A DNA stretch of 53,626 nucleotides, the filler included, from Sphacelaria rigidula (taxonomy: Eukaryota): assembly GCA_964200075.2 (NCBI GenBank). It is 4 parts of 4 records of this genome, joined end to end, with 100 filler letters (N's around TTAATTAATTAA, not from the genome) between each part and the next. Parts side by side here need not be neighbours in the genome. Positions count along the whole stretch, not along the records: positions 40,298 to 53,626 come from CAXNAA020002959.1; 3 more parts are not named here. The stretch is one strand, 5' to 3'. Both the position numbers and the translations under genes were made by a program. Positions 48,628-53,626 of this stretch are shown one piece after another. Below the pieces are notes generated by a model that saw only the letters and a program-made list of their open reading frames with translations, was not told where the DNA came from and ran no database searches. Position 1 is the first letter of the stretch, and each line of letters opens with the position of its first letter.

Positions 48628-51600
48628 CCTAGCCGTGTTACAAGATGGGGGTACCCGAGGTAAACAAAACGGACACACAAGCATGAGACCGAAGAATATC
48701 CGGTTGGTTCGGGAACCCATTTTTCATGTATAAATACGGCGGTTTTGTAGCAACCAGATATTGCGGCTAGGAACATGGAGCCAGGATGCACACAGCATGG
48801 CATCTACGCCGTGCGAATATCTATTCTTGCGATGCAACGTCGCGCACACCGAAATGTAGCTCTTGGTTTGCTCAGCACGGTGTACTTTTTTGTGGTCGGA
48901 TTCAGTTAACGCTTAGCAGCGTAATTCATTTTCAATGATACGGAGGCGGTATTTTTGGAGATAAGACGCCCCAACACAGTACACCTAGCTTTTGATGACG
49001 CTGAAAGGGGACGTATGTGTGGACTGAAGCCGCACGTAGGTATAGACGCAGCAGTTTCGGCGACTCGAGGCGTTTTGTGCGCTGCGTGGCTCGAAAGGAT
49101 GATCATGCACGACGCTAATCTGTTCCGGAAAGAACACTTTGTATTGACAATGTAGAGGGTAACGATATGAAATCCGCGCGCAGGCAGGAGTAGATCTTGC
49201 CATCCTCGTTGTTTACGTCGACCCCCTGTCGGTCGAGGCTGGCACTAAGACGGGAAATATCCACCAGTGAACCCTTAGACGGCGACCCCCCCGCTGGTAG
49301 ACTGAGGTAGACACTACACTTTTGGGGTTCAGAATCATTCCTTTGTCACAACTCAAAACGCCTACTCTACGGCGGAAGGGACCGGGAGTGCATAAGAGGC
49401 ACATAGTTGTGAGAGTCATAACACAGACGATGGTGTCGTTGTCGACCACGTGATTATTACGTCTCATATTTTTGCTGTGCAGTCTGTAGTGTATCGTGCC
49501 GAGTGTACGCAGAGTGCGTTTGGATATCGCACCATGACTACCGCCGCGAACGCCCCTGACTACCGTAGAGCAGTTGCTCGGCGATGGCGGTCGCCTCACC
49601 GTCGAAGTACTTGTCTACATCTACGTGCGTAGGATACTCGTGGCCGCCGCTCGCGTGTTGCGCCATGACGTTTCATACCAGATGGAGGTGTGGAGCTAGT
49701 AGGACGCTCAGGCAGTACTGAACAGACAGACACGGTGTACCGAAGGTGCTCGAACCCCTGCTTTTTGGTTAAATAATCTATGGTCGATTTGGCATGATCA
49801 AAATGAGATTTGACGATAGGCGGCGAATGTTTTTACCAGCTGTCTACCTCTACCGCAACAAAAGTGCTCATATTGCGAGCGTGATAGGTCAGAATGGTCA
49901 TCCCGCGCCACTCGCGCCTCGTGCACGGCTCATGATTTTCCGCGAGAAACTTCCAAACACACATGGCTGACTCCGTGAGCTTCTCCGATGCTCCGCGGAG
50001 AGACACCCGCCCTCCCGAGCCCTGGAAACCCCCGGATGTCTCGGGACTGTCAGCCTGTACAACTGTTCCGAGGCGACGCTCGTCGTCTAAGGGTTAAGGT
50101 TCTCCGTATGTCAGACGCAGATGCCCTCGGATTTTAGACGCGGTGCCGAGCAAGCCGGGGCCGAACAACGCAGCCAAAGAGAAGATTATCATCTGTCAAG
50201 GGCCATTGTGGACCTGTTCGGGCAGGGGGTAATGTCTCTCCCCTTACAGTGCCAGACTCAGCGTGCGAGCAAAGGTCATCTATTGAATCGGCTTCAATTT
50301 AACTTGAAGGAAGTATGCATGATCCAGATGGAGTACCCTCGGCCAAGGGGTTGAAGCCGAATGAGAACCGACATGCTCAGTGGTGGCGACACAGTCGTTA
50401 ACAACATAAGCGGTGCGCAAACACACCCGTTTCCATTTCAAATTTCGTGCGCCGTGGTGTTGCTCATCTCCTATTGAACCGATTTCCGTAAACTAAATAC
50501 CCTTCTACGTAGCTGAGGAAGGGGTTTCGTTAGATCAAGTGCGCCCGCGCTTGGGCGCTCAAGCTGTGCTGGCAACCGCGGCTGTACAGTGAGGAACCTC
50601 TACATTTACACGGGCTCGTAGAACTTCAAGTAATTGTTCCCTTTGTAACATGAGCTAGCTAGGTCTTATAGTACCCTAAGCAGTAATGTCACCATTCGTT
50701 CCTGTGCTCTTTTTTCTTTTTCTACCAATACCCGCCCGAAACGCGCGACGAGTTAACTCGACACAGAAATCATGTTGCCGAGGTTTGGATCAATACACGA
50801 CCTGACCAAAGTGAGTTGCGCTGCAACCCAGACAGTACTCGATAACCCTCTCGATAGCTTTGGTCCAACCACGCGTGGTGTCCTTCCTTTAGCCCGGAGT
50901 CCTCAATAAGTGAGGTTGCGAGGACTGTTGTCGCGACGCCGTACGGCTCAAATGGCGCTTAAACCGACGCTTTGGGCCGGAGAGACTTCACACGTAGTTA
51001 GACACACTATTCATGTTCACCCAATACGGAAACCGCAAGCGTTTATTGGATGCTCCATGATTCAAGCCGAGTCAGGCTTTCTGTGAATGTATACGCTTTC
51101 TATTACAGGTGTCTGCACGCTATGCTGCATCTCCTGAGATGATAGGCGCGCGTTCGCACCTCAGTGGGATCTCGGAATCTCGTGACACGCGCTGACGACC
51201 ATGCAAGCTTTGTACCCCACATTTTCGATAAAAGCGTTCCACATTTGTATTTCGGGCAGGTATTGTGTTTGCCGGGAGCGTCGGGAGATCATATCCAGTT
51301 TGGTTGCCGTTCAGGACAGCAGCCTAATCACAACCCTTTACTTATTTTCGATTGTCAATGACCGTGCTTTTTCAATACACGCCCGCGGCATGTACAATAC
51401 TGCACAAAGATATACGGGTCACAAAATAGTGGAGCCCTAGGGTTGCACAGTAGTTCAATCTTCCCAGGGCCAAAGCTTGTAAGACTAGAGCGGCGCGTGC
51501 ACTGCGTCAAGTTGACGGGGGGTTTCGTGGATCGGACCCCCACACTGCCTTGAGCAAAGCTTGCGAACGCCCGAGGCGCCGACCCCACATGACTGCCGTG

Positions 51601-52962
51601 AGACAGTCTAGCCAAGCCTCCGGGTAATCGGCGCATGAACCCGCTTGCGGGGTATCTGCTGGGTCATGTTTCCTCCTACTCTTCCAGAAAAGAAACGCCG
51701 TTCAGTCCCTCCACCTGCTGGAATAATATTTTGTGAGCAGTAAAGTGCTCGCGCACAACCTCATAGCCCGATTTGGCTCCCGCCGATGATGCCCATTCAG
51801 CGGCGACGTTTGTTGAGATCGCCCATTTCACAAGAAGCACCGCGTCCCTGATCACCTAGCCTGTCCCTACTGTCATGTGCTGGCCACCCAGGCTGGAATG
51901 GCCTTAGCGGGCCGCCAAAGGACGCTTCTCGTCGATGGGGATGCGTGCTCACCGGCAGATCCGCCGCTTTGCTTACCGTTGCAGTACTACAGGATACGGT
52001 CAGCGAGCGGCAGAATCACAGTCTCGCGTGCGTCGAGGATACTTGCTGGCAGCACACACTAAAGTAGATGGCCGTCACGCTGCCTACCACTGTGTAGGCT
52101 GCCACCTCTTACTCGGAGGTTGTAAAACACGAAGCCATTGCTGCGCCAGTCGGCTTCCGCATGCTTGGCCAGTCTTCCCTCGGGCTGGTATGCCTCTTTT
52201 TGTGGTGATGTGCACTTCTGTGCACACCGACCGGCCTCCCAACGGGGCGCGGATTGAGGCCGGTGTTTTCTTTGTCTATGCTCTATACGACAGTCAAGTC
52301 ACTTACACAGAAGAGATTCGTGAGCAAGAAGCTGATGTGCTCTTGACCGCATACTAAAGTGTCCCAGTAATGAACAGTTGCGTATCTTTTTGGACGCATT
52401 TACTCGCTGCATGTTTCATCCTTTTGGCGCTTTCTTTTTTTCGATTGTTCGAGCCTGGGCGGTATGCTATCTGCACTTGTCATTGGGTCAGCCTCCGAGA
52501 AGTAACAGGCAAACGTATCTACTGTAGTATGCCGTGCCTGCACAAGCGCTTGTCTGGGCATTGCGTGCTCATGGGGTTGATACAAAAAACATATCGCGAA
52601 AAGCTAACGCGTGAGTTGTGCAGTACTGCGAATCAACTTTTGAGTGTCGTTTTATCGGGCGATTCTTCACGTTCTGGTATCTTCACCTCTGGAGTCGTTA
52701 CTGTCGGCGGCCCGTGAAGAGTTTTGTGCGCGGTAGATTTTACTCGGATATACTTGATGCACTACCGCAAGCTTTCACTTCGGATGGGCGTCATTCAAGA
52801 TACTTGACGGCGAACAAACGCTATTGTTTTGGCCACTACCAGCATGTGAGGTAATTTTTTCGTCGCTCCTCCAGTTGGTGTAATCGCCATTGGCGTACTG
52901 CCACCCGCGTGACCCTCGCTCCTCTGTGTTCCCCGCCGTTCTTGCATGCGTACTATCAACAG

Positions 52963-53115
52963 GATCATGCTCGAGCCTTCTGAAGTAGTGAAGCTCGAGG
53001 ACGGTTTTTTGACAGCCAGGCTGGGGGCTGCCGACAGCCGCACTGTCCATGTGCGGAAGGTCTTGAAAGCGGAGAATGGGGAGTGCGTGCGCGTCGGTGT
53101 GGTGGATGCGGGACT
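52963..53115 (+). CDS. rsmE: Exon of RsmE-like 16S rRNA m3U1498 methyltransferase (N-terminal part)
   Basis: Pyrimidine tract plus CAACAG| acceptor and donor |GTGAGT. IMLEPSEVV...DSRTVHVRKVLKAENGECVRVGVVDAG fits the RsmE H+..VLR/K...G..+.+ motif. The rest of the gene lies beyond the contig. Confidence 0.65.
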
Positions 53116-53568
53116 GTGAGTATCCTCATCTCTGTGAGTTTTCTTTATGCACCCAGTAGGCGTTTTCGCTTTGTTTCTACCTTGGATATGTCTATCTCAT
53201 GACCGCGACTGGGTCCCTGAGGGATCAGTTGGTGCGCGACAATCAACCAGCCAAGGTCAGCACTTATGTTGTACGTACATCATTGATATTGGACATATAT
53301 GTATCTATTGTAGTTCTAAGGGGTTTCGGGCGCAGGAATCGGCGCATGCGAAGACAGCCAGAGGATAAGAGAAGTCTTTTGTAAGTAATTTGAACTCCAA
53401 AATGCATGCCAGCACCAATCCAGGCTCATGTTGCTAGTATTCAGGTGTGCACATTATCTCGCTGTCCTACGCGCTATTCTTGAAAAAAAACATGTTCGTC
53501 CGACATAGCTCGATCCATCGAACGAATGCAACACAGTAACCCCCCCTCCCCCTCCTCCTTCCGGTGCT

Positions 53569-53626
53569 CCGTCTCGAAAGGGATGCGTGGTCAATGGTCA
53601 AATGACTAAGGCAAGCAACAAATGAG
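53569..53626 (+). repeat. Dispersed repeat copy at contig end
   Basis: CCGTCTCGAAAGGGATGCGTGGTCAATGGTCAAATGACTAAGGCAAGCAACAAATGAG matches both arms at 26552-26695. Confidence 0.9.

Noticed and set aside
48900-52360. Short ORFs in contig 4 as gene exons
   Set aside because: No consistent exon chain or recognisable product could be built.

Overview
Eukaryotic, repeat-rich DNA, most likely from a brown alga or related stramenopile (inferred from intron style, TTAGGG-type repeats and TE content). The window is not one locus. It is four contigs of 13,335, 13,333, 13,329 and 13,329 bp in descending size order, joined by artificial 100-bp N44-TTAATTAATTAA-N44 linkers. Contig 1 holds two PIF/Harbinger-type MITEs, a ~1.25-kb fold-back with a tRNA-like head at each end, and a 5-exon gene for a putative secreted protein with an apparent 1-nt frameshift. 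Contigs 2 and 3 each hold a decayed copy of the same unusually large Ty3/Gypsy family (long gag with CCHC, then PR, RT, RNase H, IN). The more complete copy has a chromodomain and then a PWWP/Tudor-like module at the integrase C-terminus. The family seems to have TACAG...CTGTA-type LTR ends and an inverted polypurine tract where a tRNA primer-binding site is expected. Contig 2 also has remnants of two other LTR elements. Contig 3 ends with a Harbinger MITE and tandem ~97-bp piggyBac-type MITEs. Contig 4 has several non-autonomous DNA transposons (one hAT with a perfect 8-bp TSD, one telomeric-repeat fold-back, one with a 54-bp minisatellite), a possible PI-PLC-associated gene fragment and an exon of an RsmE-like rRNA methyltransferase. 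All protein-family calls are by-eye motif recognition; no searches were run.
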